Source: Candidatus Poribacteria bacterium
Lineage (GTDB): Bacteria; Poribacteria; WGA-4E; WGA-3G
NCBI GenBank assembly: GCA_965198235.1
Contig: OZ240248.1
Span: 3,872,001-3,936,000, forward strand
DNA length: 64,000 nucleotides
Direction: 5' to 3'
Part shown: piece after piece, positions 49,509 to 58,624 of the stretch
How positions within the stretch are numbered: position 1 is the first letter of the stretch
How the letters are laid out: each line of letters begins with the position of its first letter
Notes under the pieces: generated by a model
What the model saw: the letters and a program-made list of their open reading frames with translations, nothing else
Told to the model about the DNA's origin: nothing
The model's database searches: none
Made by a program: the position numbers and the translations under genes

Positions 49509-51893
49509 CTATATTTCAATTGTTTTGGAGGCTGACTCCTGGGCATGGTTGAGGGATACGCCAATACGCTTGTTATCTTTTTTTTGAAGTTTCATAATTT
49601 CATCAAGTTGCTGGCGAGCATGGACAACGATAACGTTTTCAGGGTAGTCTGTAATAAGCGTGGTATAAGTAGCAGCGGCGTTGATGAAGTCGGCTTTTTC
49701 TCGGTAAATTTCGGCGATATTTACGAGTGCCTTAGGGACGCTGAGACTCTCCCGCGCAACTACTTGTTGGTATGCGTTAATTGCCTCAGTATCTTTAGCT
49801 GCTTCGCGGTAGATATCGCCGATGAGGAGCCACACCGCATCAACGATAGTGGCTTGCGGATAGGTTTCAAGGCTTCGTTCGCACTGTTGTAGTGCCTCTG
49901 CAGTCTGTCCGCTTAGATAGAGTTGCACAGCAGTGGCATAATCCGTGAGTGGAATTTTGAGGTAATCAGAATGGTTCTGGATGAGGACAATTCGCTCAAG
50001 AGCATCATTTGTGAGCCGGTCGGATTTTGAGATTCGGATAACTTCATTGTACGCCTTGTTTGCTTGATCGAAATCGGCAAAAAAGAAATAGGAATCGCCA
50101 ATCAGCTTGCGGGCAACGGCGCGGAAACGGTTGGGGCAATTGGCGATCGATTCCAGGACTTCTCTCGCAAGTGTATAGCGTTTCAGTAGAATATGACATT
50201 CTGCCAGACCCAATTGCGCTTCTACCAATTGGGTAGTGAGCAAGCGTTGCGTAAGCAAGGATTGGAAAGTTTTCTGGGCGATTTTCGGCGCGTGTATGCC
50301 GTGCAGTTGTATCTGTCCAAGTAACAATCTATTTTTCACAGAAGCCTCACGGTTGGAAACCAGTTCTTCTAAGAGCGCGATGGCATCATTCCATTGCTCC
50401 ATGTTTTGGTAGAGGGCCGCAAGTTTAGAACGGGCGTTTCTTATCCGCATGTTGTCTGTGGAGTCTACTATCAACGCTTTATAGAAATCTATGGCTTGTG
50501 GGTTTTCGTTGCGTTCTAACGTTCGTGCGTATGTCTCTAACGTCATATCAACGTGAGTCGGATAGTTTTGATGGAGTTGTGTAAACGTTTCAAGTGCTTG
50601 CGACACTTTTCCGGCATGGAAATATAGTTCTCCCAAGGTCATGACAGCGTTGGCGTTTTGTGGATTTTGTGCGCGCTGTTTCTCAAGTTGGGCAACGAGT
50701 TTATCACGGATTGGTTTGTAGCGATCGCCTTCATAAATTTCAAGCATCGCATTCCATATCGTTTCGCGTTGACTCCCCGTGAGCCCAACCTGTTGCAATG
50801 CATCAATATAGACCTCGGCGGCTTGTTTAATTTGTCCTTGGATTTTGTACGCTGCTGCCAATTGTGTATAGAGATAACTGTTTTTTGGACTTAAGCGTAT
50901 AGCTTGCTGATATGCTGCAATTGCTTCCGGATACATCTGATGCGAGAGATAGATTGCGCCAAGTTGTTTCTGTTGGTCGGCTTGGTTTACCTCGTCTTCG
51001 ACTATTTTTTTCCATTCGGTCATGGCTTGCGTGGTTTTACCAGTTTCAGCATAGAGCGCGCCCAATTTCCTGCGGAGCGTTGTATTGTTAGGGTCTCTTT
51101 CAATCGCCTTGCGGTAGAGTTCGAGTGCCTTCGGATAGGCGTTTTGTTGTTGATAAAGTTCTGCTAATTGCTCCAACAGCGTAATATCGTCGGGATAGTG
51201 TCGCATCCGTTCTTGGATGAGTTTCTCGGCTTCTATGTAGCGTTGGTTGGTCATATAAAGCTGGATGAGGCTATTGACGGCACTTACGCGATAGGGTGAA
51301 CTCGGAAAATTGTCAAGAAAATACTTGTAACTATCCATTGCTTCCTCGGATTTACCCTCTGCTTGCTGGTATTTTCCAACGAGATAGGCAGCTGTCGCAG
51401 CGGAAGTTGTATTGGGGTGTTGCTTGAGAATCTGCTTGCACTGCCTGATTGCCTCCCTGAACTGATAACGCTGCCAGTAGAGGTTTCCCAACCGATGAAC
51501 AGCCTGTGTCGCATAAGAGCCGTTAGGATTTTCGTCAACAATTTCTTTGAAGACTCGCTGTGCAGCAGGATCCTCACCGACCTTGGCGTAACTTTGTCCT
51601 AACATCAACCGAATCGAGTCCTTTTGACTTTGCCGAAGCGGTATATAAGTCCCGTCAAGCCGAAGAACGCCATTTTCAATCAATTCTTCGTACGCTTTAA
51701 TCGCTTCCGCATACCGTCGTTCATGGTAATGGTCATGTGCGGTTTCTACTGGGTCTAACACGGGATTCACGCTTGGAGTGGTGGGGGGAACTTCGACTTG
51801 AGCGAAAGTATATAAACTATCTCCAAGTGTAATATGAGTGAATAGGAATAGAATAGCAAGAAAGATGACTCGTTGTTGCATTGTAGTGTCCAT
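49509..51893 (-). CDS. Secreted tetratricopeptide repeat protein (BamD/YfgM-like repeats)
   Basis: Signal peptide, many TPR units with YP/FP turns. Confidence 0.88.
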   Translation of the reverse strand: MDTTMQQRVIFLAILFLFTHITLGDSLYTFAQVEVPPTTPSVNPVLDPVETAHDHYHERRYAEAIKAYEELIENGVLRLDGTYIPLRQSQKDSIRLMLGQSYAKVGEDPAAQRVFKEIVDENPNGSYATQAVHRLGNLYWQRYQFREAIRQCKQILKQHPNTTSAATAAYLVGKYQQAEGKSEEAMDSYKYFLDNFPSSPYRVSAVNSLIQLYMTNQRYIEAEKLIQERMRHYPDDITLLEQLAELYQQQNAYPKALELYRKAIERDPNNTTLRRKLGALYAETGKTTQAMTEWKKIVEDEVNQADQQKQLGAIYLSHQMYPEAIAAYQQAIRLSPKNSYLYTQLAAAYKIQGQIKQAAEVYIDALQQVGLTGSQRETIWNAMLEIYEGDRYKPIRDKLVAQLEKQRAQNPQNANAVMTLGELYFHAGKVSQALETFTQLHQNYPTHVDMTLETYARTLERNENPQAIDFYKALIVDSTDNMRIRNARSKLAALYQNMEQWNDAIALLEELVSNREASVKNRLLLGQIQLHGIHAPKIAQKTFQSLLTQRLLTTQLVEAQLGLAECHILLKRYTLAREVLESIANCPNRFRAVARKLIGDSYFFFADFDQANKAYNEVIRISKSDRLTNDALERIVLIQNHSDYLKIPLTDYATAVQLYLSGQTAEALQQCERSLETYPQATIVDAVWLLIGDIYREAAKDTEAINAYQQVVARESLSVPKALVNIAEIYREKADFINAAATYTTLITDYPENVIVVHARQQLDEIMKLQKKDNKRIGVSLNHAQESASKTIEI

Positions 51894-51944
51894 TTTTACG
51901 GGGTGTCATATCTCGATCTGCAAGGTCCTGTGCCTTGTGTAGTC

Positions 51945-52327
51945 TTATCGGGATAGACACGTGTTAACTATCTCCTCAAGTGTTCGCGTTTCCATCTCTA
52001 ATTTGAGGCTGTCAACTTTTTCACTGCCGAGTTCTACCTCTAATGCATCGATATCTCAAGCGCACACATAACGGCGGCACTTGCCGTAGGAAAAACAAAG
52101 AAAAAAGCATCGCCTTCATTTCCGATCTCTGTGCCACCCCACGCCGAATTTGCAGCCCGCAAAATCGTGTTGTGTGCATTGATAACCTCCGCCATAACCT
52201 CATTGCCGTGCGCCTCCCAAAGTAGTGTTGAACCTTCGATATCGGTAAACATCAAGGTGAGGGTGCCGACTGACAAATGTGGCTGTGGATTGTGTGTTGA
52301 CCCAGAATTATCCTTCTTCAATTCCAT
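51945..52327 (-). pseudogene. Class III adenylate/guanylate cyclase remnant joined out of frame to a 36-aa C-terminal tail
   Basis: TLMFTDIEGST, EGDAFF, AV.CALEI then stop; second frame DIDALEVELGSEKVDSLKLEMETRTLEEIVNTCLSR*. Confidence 0.7.
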
Positions 52328-52355
52328 TGTTCGAGATTTCCCAAATATCCGAGTA

Positions 52356-53552
52356 TTAGAGCATCGCGAGATTTGTGAGCAATGCCATACCGTAAACCAT
52401 ACAGATTTCGTCAATGTCGAACTGTGGGTGGTGACACATATTCACGATACCCTTCTCTTCATTGCCTGCACCTACCATCACGAAACACGCTGGAATTTCC
52501 TGTGAATAATATCCGAAATCCTCGCCCCCAAGTATCGGAGACATTGGGAATATGAGATTGTCCCCCCCAACTAACCCTTGCGCTGTGGATACGGCTGTGT
52601 TGACACACGGTTCGTGGTTGTAAGTTACCGGATATCCTTCTCGGTAGTCGAATGTATAAGTTGCGTTGTGTGCATCTGCTAATCCCGCGAGGAGGCTTTC
52701 TAATTGTCCTCGGACTTGTGTCTGCACCGCTTTTTGGAGTGTGCGCACTGTCCCACCTATCAGGACTTTAGGGGGGATGACGTTGAGTGCTGCACCCGTA
52801 AGCCCGTTTTGCAAGTTTGCATCTCCTCCGTGGAGTTGTGTGACGCTGACGACCGCCGAGTCCAGTGGATTCACATTTCTCGCAATGATAGATTGTATTG
52901 CTGTCACGAACTGTGCACTAATAACAATTGGATCAACAGTAAGGTGTGGAAACGCGGCATGTCCACCTCTGCCGGTGAGTGTAATCTGGAAAGTATCAGA
53001 CTGTGCGAGCATTGGACCAAGACATGTAGCGTATTCTCCAACAGCAAAAAGCGGAAAGACGTGTATCCCGTAGATTTCATCCACGTCTTCCAACGCACCG
53101 TCTGCGATCATCGCTGGTGCTCCGCCGGGTAATGCCTCTTCGCTCGGTTGAAAAATAAATCTAACGTGTGTTTTGAGGCTGCTTCGGAACTCGGAAAGGA
53201 TTCGGGCTGTACCGATAAGCATCGCCGTATGTGCATCGTGTCCACAGAGGTGTGCCTTTCCATCAATCTTAGATTTGTAGGGAACATCGGTGAGTTCTTG
53301 AATCGGGAGCGCGTCCATATCCGCGCGTAAGGCGACACGTTTTGTTGCTCCCGGCACTTCTAAATCTCCGACAACACCTGTCCTACCGATACCCGTCTTG
53401 ACAGGGATTTCGAGTGCCTGCAGGGCATCAGCGGCGATACCCGCTGTACGGTGTACATCAAACCCCAATTCAGGATACTGATGAATGTCGCGTCGGATGG
53501 CAACGATGTCGTTGAAATGGCGATGGCACTGTTCAAAAATCTGGTCTTTCAT
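52356..53552 (-). CDS. M20D amidohydrolase
   Basis: RRDIHQYPELG, LRADMDALP, CGHD, QPSEE, GEDF, HHP.F. Confidence 0.93.
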   Translation of the reverse strand: MKDQIFEQCHRHFNDIVAIRRDIHQYPELGFDVHRTAGIAADALQALEIPVKTGIGRTGVVGDLEVPGATKRVALRADMDALPIQELTDVPYKSKIDGKAHLCGHDAHTAMLIGTARILSEFRSSLKTHVRFIFQPSEEALPGGAPAMIADGALEDVDEIYGIHVFPLFAVGEYATCLGPMLAQSDTFQITLTGRGGHAAFPHLTVDPIVISAQFVTAIQSIIARNVNPLDSAVVSVTQLHGGDANLQNGLTGAALNVIPPKVLIGGTVRTLQKAVQTQVRGQLESLLAGLADAHNATYTFDYREGYPVTYNHEPCVNTAVSTAQGLVGGDNLIFPMSPILGGEDFGYYSQEIPACFVMVGAGNEEKGIVNMCHHPQFDIDEICMVYGMALLTNLAML

Positions 53553-53580
53553 TTTTAATTATTTTTCCGAATGTAAGGTA

Positions 53581-53604
53581 TCGCGATCTGGAGGTCGCTC
53601 CTAC
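53581..53604 (-). repeat. GTAG-type REP-like repeat
   Basis: Inverse of gtaggagcgacctcc..tcgcga (cf. 19563). Confidence 0.65.
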
Positions 53605-53623
53605 AGCAATGGGTAATGTAAAG

Positions 53624-55195
53624 TTAGAACGTTAGTGTCCGGCGCAGGATACCTTGATGTCCTTGTTCATTTTCAAGTCGATAGATGATAGTATAAACCC
53701 CTGGCATTGTCTGAAAAGCGTCACTATCCAGTATAGGTCTCAATTCTACCTCTGTTGAACCATCATCTGGGATAATTTTTTTCTCAGTGAAAGGACCGTA
53801 ACACCTTTCTCCTAACGGGTTAAGGACTTTCCATGTCAAGGTGAGTTGCTTAGGACGAGGTGGGTTATTGATGTAGATGGTAATTTTATCGTCCATCTGC
53901 TCGTTTTCAAGGTTAAGCGTGCCTAATTTAGAGAACAACTTTACTGTCAAGGTTAGCGGCGGCACATATTCCAGGTATCCTCTACCGGGAATAGCGCGCC
54001 ATGTCCCACCTGTTGCGAGCGCGATCTGTCGGATGGGTAGATAATCGAGTCCAATTACATCGACGCGTACTTGTGCATTTTGTAGGGTTTCAATAACCTG
54101 ATCCAAACTATAAGCCGACCTTCCGTCGTAATCAGCATCGTGAAAAGCACCGTCACTTGCGAGCACGATGAACCGCTGCGCGCCTTTTCGGAATTTGGTC
54201 TCTGTTACCGCAGTCATGAGTCCGTCTAAACCAGCCTCAGCGATGTCTCCACCGCCGTCAACACCTATTTTAAAAAGCCAGTTTTTGAAGGTTCCGAGAT
54301 CGTCAGTACTGCCATATTTTCTTGTTTCATCCGTGAAAGTCACCAATCCAAAAGTAGCATCGCGTCCTTCCCGTTCAAACGCCTCAAAAAGAAAATCGAC
54401 ATAGGCACGAATCCCGCGGATATTATCTGTCATACTCGCCGTTTCATCAAGAACGAAAACAACATCAACTTTTTTCGTCTTACTCGCCTCTGCAAGGGTG
54501 CGGGCAATGTCTTTCATCATATAGACGAAAACGCCTCCTACATTGGCACCGCCGGAGGAGCCTCCGCCTCCCCAAGAATTGCCCATGCCAGTAGCTCGGA
54601 GGGCATCGCCGCGTTCACTACCATAGTGAATTTTCGGCGCGCCGATAGTCGGAGAGTCACCACTTAATAAGGTGTCATCCGTATCTAAAGAAATTGGGTT
54701 GGTTTCCCCTTGTGGTGCTACGTAATCTGTTTCCGACGTGGAGGGCAGTGCCACCGTTGGCTGATTCACTGAATTCACTGTTAATCGACTTTCAGGGGTG
54801 TAATCAGTTGGTTTTCCTACGACAGGATTTAACTGTGATAAACCATCACCGATCTGTCGCGCTCGATTTGCGTTTTCCTGTCTGCGTGTGTCGGGTTTTG
54901 AAACCTCTGATACGTCTTGAGTTTCCAATTGCCAAGTTGCACTCAAACCCGCTTTCGGTTTCGGCGGTGGTTTTGGTTTCTCTTTTGGCACTACGACAGG
55001 TGCAGCGGGTTCAACAAAGGTCGGTTGTTCAATCGGTAGTGGGGGTCGCTCGACGTGGGTTATCGAAACTGCTATCTCGTCATAGAACGGCAGCACAGGC
55101 ACGTGCTGCGGAGCCATCCACCACATTACTAATAACAGTGTAACGTGGATAATGAGTGAGTATATTAGATATAGGGGTGTTCTTCTATTTCTCAT
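53624..55195 (-). CDS. vWA domain protein with N-terminal membrane anchor and Pro-rich linker
   Basis: SLIIH TM (TonB-like), PKEKPKPPPKP, VVFVLDETASM, GGDIAE, SDG. Confidence 0.82.
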   Translation of the reverse strand: MRNRRTPLYLIYSLIIHVTLLLVMWWMAPQHVPVLPFYDEIAVSITHVERPPLPIEQPTFVEPAAPVVVPKEKPKPPPKPKAGLSATWQLETQDVSEVSKPDTRRQENANRARQIGDGLSQLNPVVGKPTDYTPESRLTVNSVNQPTVALPSTSETDYVAPQGETNPISLDTDDTLLSGDSPTIGAPKIHYGSERGDALRATGMGNSWGGGGSSGGANVGGVFVYMMKDIARTLAEASKTKKVDVVFVLDETASMTDNIRGIRAYVDFLFEAFEREGRDATFGLVTFTDETRKYGSTDDLGTFKNWLFKIGVDGGGDIAEAGLDGLMTAVTETKFRKGAQRFIVLASDGAFHDADYDGRSAYSLDQVIETLQNAQVRVDVIGLDYLPIRQIALATGGTWRAIPGRGYLEYVPPLTLTVKLFSKLGTLNLENEQMDDKITIYINNPPRPKQLTLTWKVLNPLGERCYGPFTEKKIIPDDGSTEVELRPILDSDAFQTMPGVYTIIYRLENEQGHQGILRRTLTF

Positions 55196-55242
55196 TACAT
55201 CAACCTACGGCTTGTCTTCATGGGTCCATGTGCTTAGGACAA

Positions 55243-55578
55243 CTAATATAGACACGCCTCCAAAATGCTTAGTACCTCGTCAAGTACCCAATTAGATGCT
55301 TTTTCAAGGAACTGCACCTGGCGGCTAGCATAATCAACAGATTTAATCTGCTCTACCATGATGTACCCAGTTAGTGAAGAATCATCAGGAATTTTAACAT
55401 GGAACGGAACGTTTCTGAAGGTGTTGGTTATGGGACATACCATGGCAAGTTGAGTCCGGGCGTTAAATAAGGTGTTGCTGACTACCAGCGCGGGGCGCCT
55501 GCCTCTTTGTTCATATCCCGATTGTGGATCGAAGGTGAGGCGCACGAAATCCCCTGCCTGTGGAATATATTTGGGCAT
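55243..55578 (-). CDS. mazF: MazF/PemK toxin
   Basis: FDPQSGYEQRGRRPALVVS, CPIT, QIKSVD. Confidence 0.92.
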   Translation of the reverse strand: MPKYIPQAGDFVRLTFDPQSGYEQRGRRPALVVSNTLFNARTQLAMVCPITNTFRNVPFHVKIPDDSSLTGYIMVEQIKSVDYASRQVQFLEKASNWVLDEVLSILEACLY

Positions 55579-55827
55579 TTACCATTCCTCTTTCCCAACA
55601 GGTTTGCCCCAGTCAAGTTCTTCGGGCTGATAGTCTTCTGGCATTTGGGCGAGTAGTGCTTTCAAATCAGCACGTCTATGTGTTCTGGTTGCCATTTCAA
55701 TGATAATTCGGCCGTTCTGGATCGTTACCTGGACTTCATCACCTACGTTCATCTGGGCCGCCTCCAAAATATTCTTCGTAAAGCAAATTCCCTCGCTGTC
55801 TTCTGATTTTTGAATTTTGATTAACAT
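55579..55827 (-). CDS. mazE: MazE/AbrB-type antitoxin
   Basis: Abuts mazF; L..LLA, ELDWGKPVGKEEW. Confidence 0.85.
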   Translation of the reverse strand: MLIKIQKSEDSEGICFTKNILEAAQMNVGDEVQVTIQNGRIIIEMATRTHRRADLKALLAQMPEDYQPEELDWGKPVGKEEW

Positions 55828-55842
55828 AGTTTACCTCCTTAA

Positions 55843-56796
55843 CTACAAATGAAATTCAACCACATCCCCATCGTAAATGACATCATTGCGACTGACAGAT
55901 TGTCCATCGTGCCACTGGGGTCCCCATATCCGTGCGAACCTGAATTCGGCAAAATCCTTGTGTAACTCCATAGCCGCGTCGAGCACGGTTGAACCTATAG
56001 GGAGAACAATCGGATCATCACGTTCTATGGCTTTGCCGGGTGCTTTGGGATAAATGCGCAAAATGTCCAATTCCGTATAGATTGCTCGCGATAAAGTCTC
56101 TTTGCCGGCACCGGTTTCGGCAGAAATCGGATGAATCTGAAACGTGTCGTCGTAGAATTCTTTGAGAATTTCCAGCCGTTCTTCTGCTCCTGCCGCGTCG
56201 AGTTGATTGGCGACAACGAGGTGTCCATTTTCCGGAGTGTCGCAGTCTGCCTCTTTAAGAAACGCCACCACCATATCAAGGTCATCCAATAGGTTATCGC
56301 TCGCGAGACTTACAATCGTCAGGACAAGGTCGGCGTTCCGAGTGAGCGTTAATACTGTTGATGAAATGAAGTCCAGCATAATAGAAGGCGTATCAATGAG
56401 TTGGAATTGGATGTTTTCATAGCGTAGCATTCCGACTGTTGGCAGAGTCGTCGTATAGGGTGCCGGTGAGACCTCTGGTTTAGCGTTCGTAAGGTTTGAT
56501 AGAATTTGTGATTTACCGCCATTCGGCGGTCCTATGAGGACTATCTGCCCGGCTCCCTGCTTTGGAATGTGTTCGCTGTAGCTTCTTTTACCGGATCCCT
56601 TGCCCCCTTTTTCAGAAGGACCTCTTTTGTGTCTGGCGATACGGCGACGGATATCAGAAACCACCTTCTCTGAACCTTTGTGTTTCGGAATGATGCGTAA
56701 CATTTCCTCTAACAGGCTCAGTCGCTCTTCATCTGTTTTGGCGGCTTCATGCTGGTGCTTGAGTTTATAGTAGGTCGGGGGTAGATTTGCTGGCAT
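55843..56796 (-). CDS. DRG/Rbg-like OBG-family GTPase with C-terminal TGS domain
   Basis: PKHKGSEK, GPPNGGKS, PYTT, DTP, HKDF..ARIWG, DGDVVE. Confidence 0.85.
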   Translation of the reverse strand: MPANLPPTYYKLKHQHEAAKTDEERLSLLEEMLRIIPKHKGSEKVVSDIRRRIARHKRGPSEKGGKGSGKRSYSEHIPKQGAGQIVLIGPPNGGKSQILSNLTNAKPEVSPAPYTTTLPTVGMLRYENIQFQLIDTPSIMLDFISSTVLTLTRNADLVLTIVSLASDNLLDDLDMVVAFLKEADCDTPENGHLVVANQLDAAGAEERLEILKEFYDDTFQIHPISAETGAGKETLSRAIYTELDILRIYPKAPGKAIERDDPIVLPIGSTVLDAAMELHKDFAEFRFARIWGPQWHDGQSVSRNDVIYDGDVVEFHL

Positions 56797-56932
56797 TTTT
56801 GTCCACTTCCATCGTCACGCGCAGTTTCAGGAGGCGTCGGTTCTGGGCGAATGAACACTCTCATTTACAATCGCAAAAGGATCTGTTATAATGTGAAGCA
56901 ATTCTTAAATAGGATATACAATTTTCGTTCTT

Positions 56933-58546
56933 ATGTCAAGGCAATTAAGACGAAGTCTACACACTGCTCCAAAAAAATACATAATTTTCCTCCTTGTTAT
57001 ATTTATTTCCTTTCCTATTATGGCGCAAGAGGGCAATCAGTCCTTGAGTCGTGGTGATGAACTGCTCACGTTAGTGCAATCCGATGCTCTTGAAGCACAC
57101 GTCATAGCGTTGCAGGAAAACTTTTCATCAGGACCTCACTTGCGATCCCATCGCACGCGCAACGCGCACCATCGCGAGGCGACGGATGACATTGTGCATT
57201 ACATTAGGAGTCAGTTTAGCCGTTCTCCACGATTGAAAGTCAGTGAGCAGATGTTTGGGGGCATCAGAAACGTAACGGCTATCCTGCCAACGCGGCCAAC
57301 TTCATCCAGCAACCGTATCTTTATCATCTGTGCACATTATGACACGCAGGCTGTGCGTGAACCGAATTGGAATCCATTAACGTCCACTGCCCCCGGAGCA
57401 AATGATAACGGGACAGGTGTTGCTGCGATGCTGGAAATTGCTTACCTTTTAAGTCGCTATGAATACGAACACGAGATAAGGTTTATTGCCTTAGGGGGTG
57501 AGGAACTCGGTTTCCTGGGTAGTCGGCACTATGTTCGGGAGGCTTCCTCTGCAGGTGTGAGTGGTGAGACTGACCCTATCCCTGTTCCCGAAAAGATCGT
57601 TGGTGTTTTTAATCTGGACATGTTGGGTTTCAATTGGAAAACCGACCTTGTTGAAATTGTTACCAACAACGATTCTGCGTGGATAAGCCGTGCTCTCATA
57701 ATTGCGAACACATGGTACAACATCGGTTTGAAAATCCGCCGAACTCAAGATGAATTCATTGATATTTCCGCTCACAAATCGTTTTGGGATGGCGGTTACG
57801 ATGCCGTCACTTTAACTGAGAGTTCGACCCCGTGGCGGGATTCTCAAAATTACGATGCCAATCCTTTCTATCGGACATCTAAGGATACCGCGGATAAAGT
57901 TAATTTCGGTTTGGTGAGAAAAGTAACGCAACTTGTGCTCGTTACGATGGACAGTCTTCTCACATCTATGTTCCATCCGACACGACAAATTCCACAAGTA
58001 ACATTGGAAGTTCCATCGAGCACCAAAGAGGATAAATTGGAAATTAAGGGGACGTTTCGTTCAGGTTTTCCAATTGATGTTATTGTCTATCCGAGTCAGA
58101 CGCTGGCGGTTTTGGATCGAGAGACGCAAACCTATACTGCAACAGTGCCATTACACCCCGGGGAGAACACCCTCCGCGTGACGGCGCGCTATCCGCTCGG
58201 TGCGGTCTCAGTCGCGAAGTCCGTTATTTTGACGCAGGCGTTTGCTTGGGAAGATGTGGTTGTGTTTCCTAACCCCGCACGTTCAGACGGTTTGACTGAA
58301 TTTCGAGTTGCAGCAAATGTAGATATAACAGACCTGCAGGTACTTATCTATGATTCGGGCGGTAATCTGATAAAGCGGATTGAAGGAGTCGCTGACAGGC
58401 TGGATCAACGTATCTGGCGGACATGGTGGAATCAGCAAACCTCTTACGGGTTAGCAGTATCCCCAGGTGTTTATGTCTGCCATATCTCGGTTGTTTCAAA
58501 AGGAGAGACGTACACTTATCTGGAGAAATTGGCGATTTTTCGGTAG
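56933..58546 (+). CDS. M28-family peptidase-like protein with C-terminal T9SS-A/FlgD-Ig-like domain
   Basis: AHYD, GANDNGTG, GEELG, NLDM; C-terminal FPNP...IYD..G.LI...SPGVY...KLAIFR. Confidence 0.85.
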   Translation: MSRQLRRSLHTAPKKYIIFLLVIFISFPIMAQEGNQSLSRGDELLTLVQSDALEAHVIALQENFSSGPHLRSHRTRNAHHREATDDIVHYIRSQFSRSPRLKVSEQMFGGIRNVTAILPTRPTSSSNRIFIICAHYDTQAVREPNWNPLTSTAPGANDNGTGVAAMLEIAYLLSRYEYEHEIRFIALGGEELGFLGSRHYVREASSAGVSGETDPIPVPEKIVGVFNLDMLGFNWKTDLVEIVTNNDSAWISRALIIANTWYNIGLKIRRTQDEFIDISAHKSFWDGGYDAVTLTESSTPWRDSQNYDANPFYRTSKDTADKVNFGLVRKVTQLVLVTMDSLLTSMFHPTRQIPQVTLEVPSSTKEDKLEIKGTFRSGFPIDVIVYPSQTLAVLDRETQTYTATVPLHPGENTLRVTARYPLGAVSVAKSVILTQAFAWEDVVVFPNPARSDGLTEFRVAANVDITDLQVLIYDSGGNLIKRIEGVADRLDQRIWRTWWNQQTSYGLAVSPGVYVCHISVVSKGETYTYLEKLAIFR

Positions 58547-58557
58547 TGAAGAACGCT

Positions 58558-58587
58558 TTGACAAATACCGAGAAACTGTGTTAAAAT
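58558..58587 (+). promoter_or_regulatory. sigma70-type promoter with extended -10
   Basis: TTGACA-N18-TAAAAT preceded by TGn. Confidence 0.55.
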
Positions 58588-58624
58588 AGACTACACAAAA
58601 ATGGAGATAAAGGGGGATCGGACG

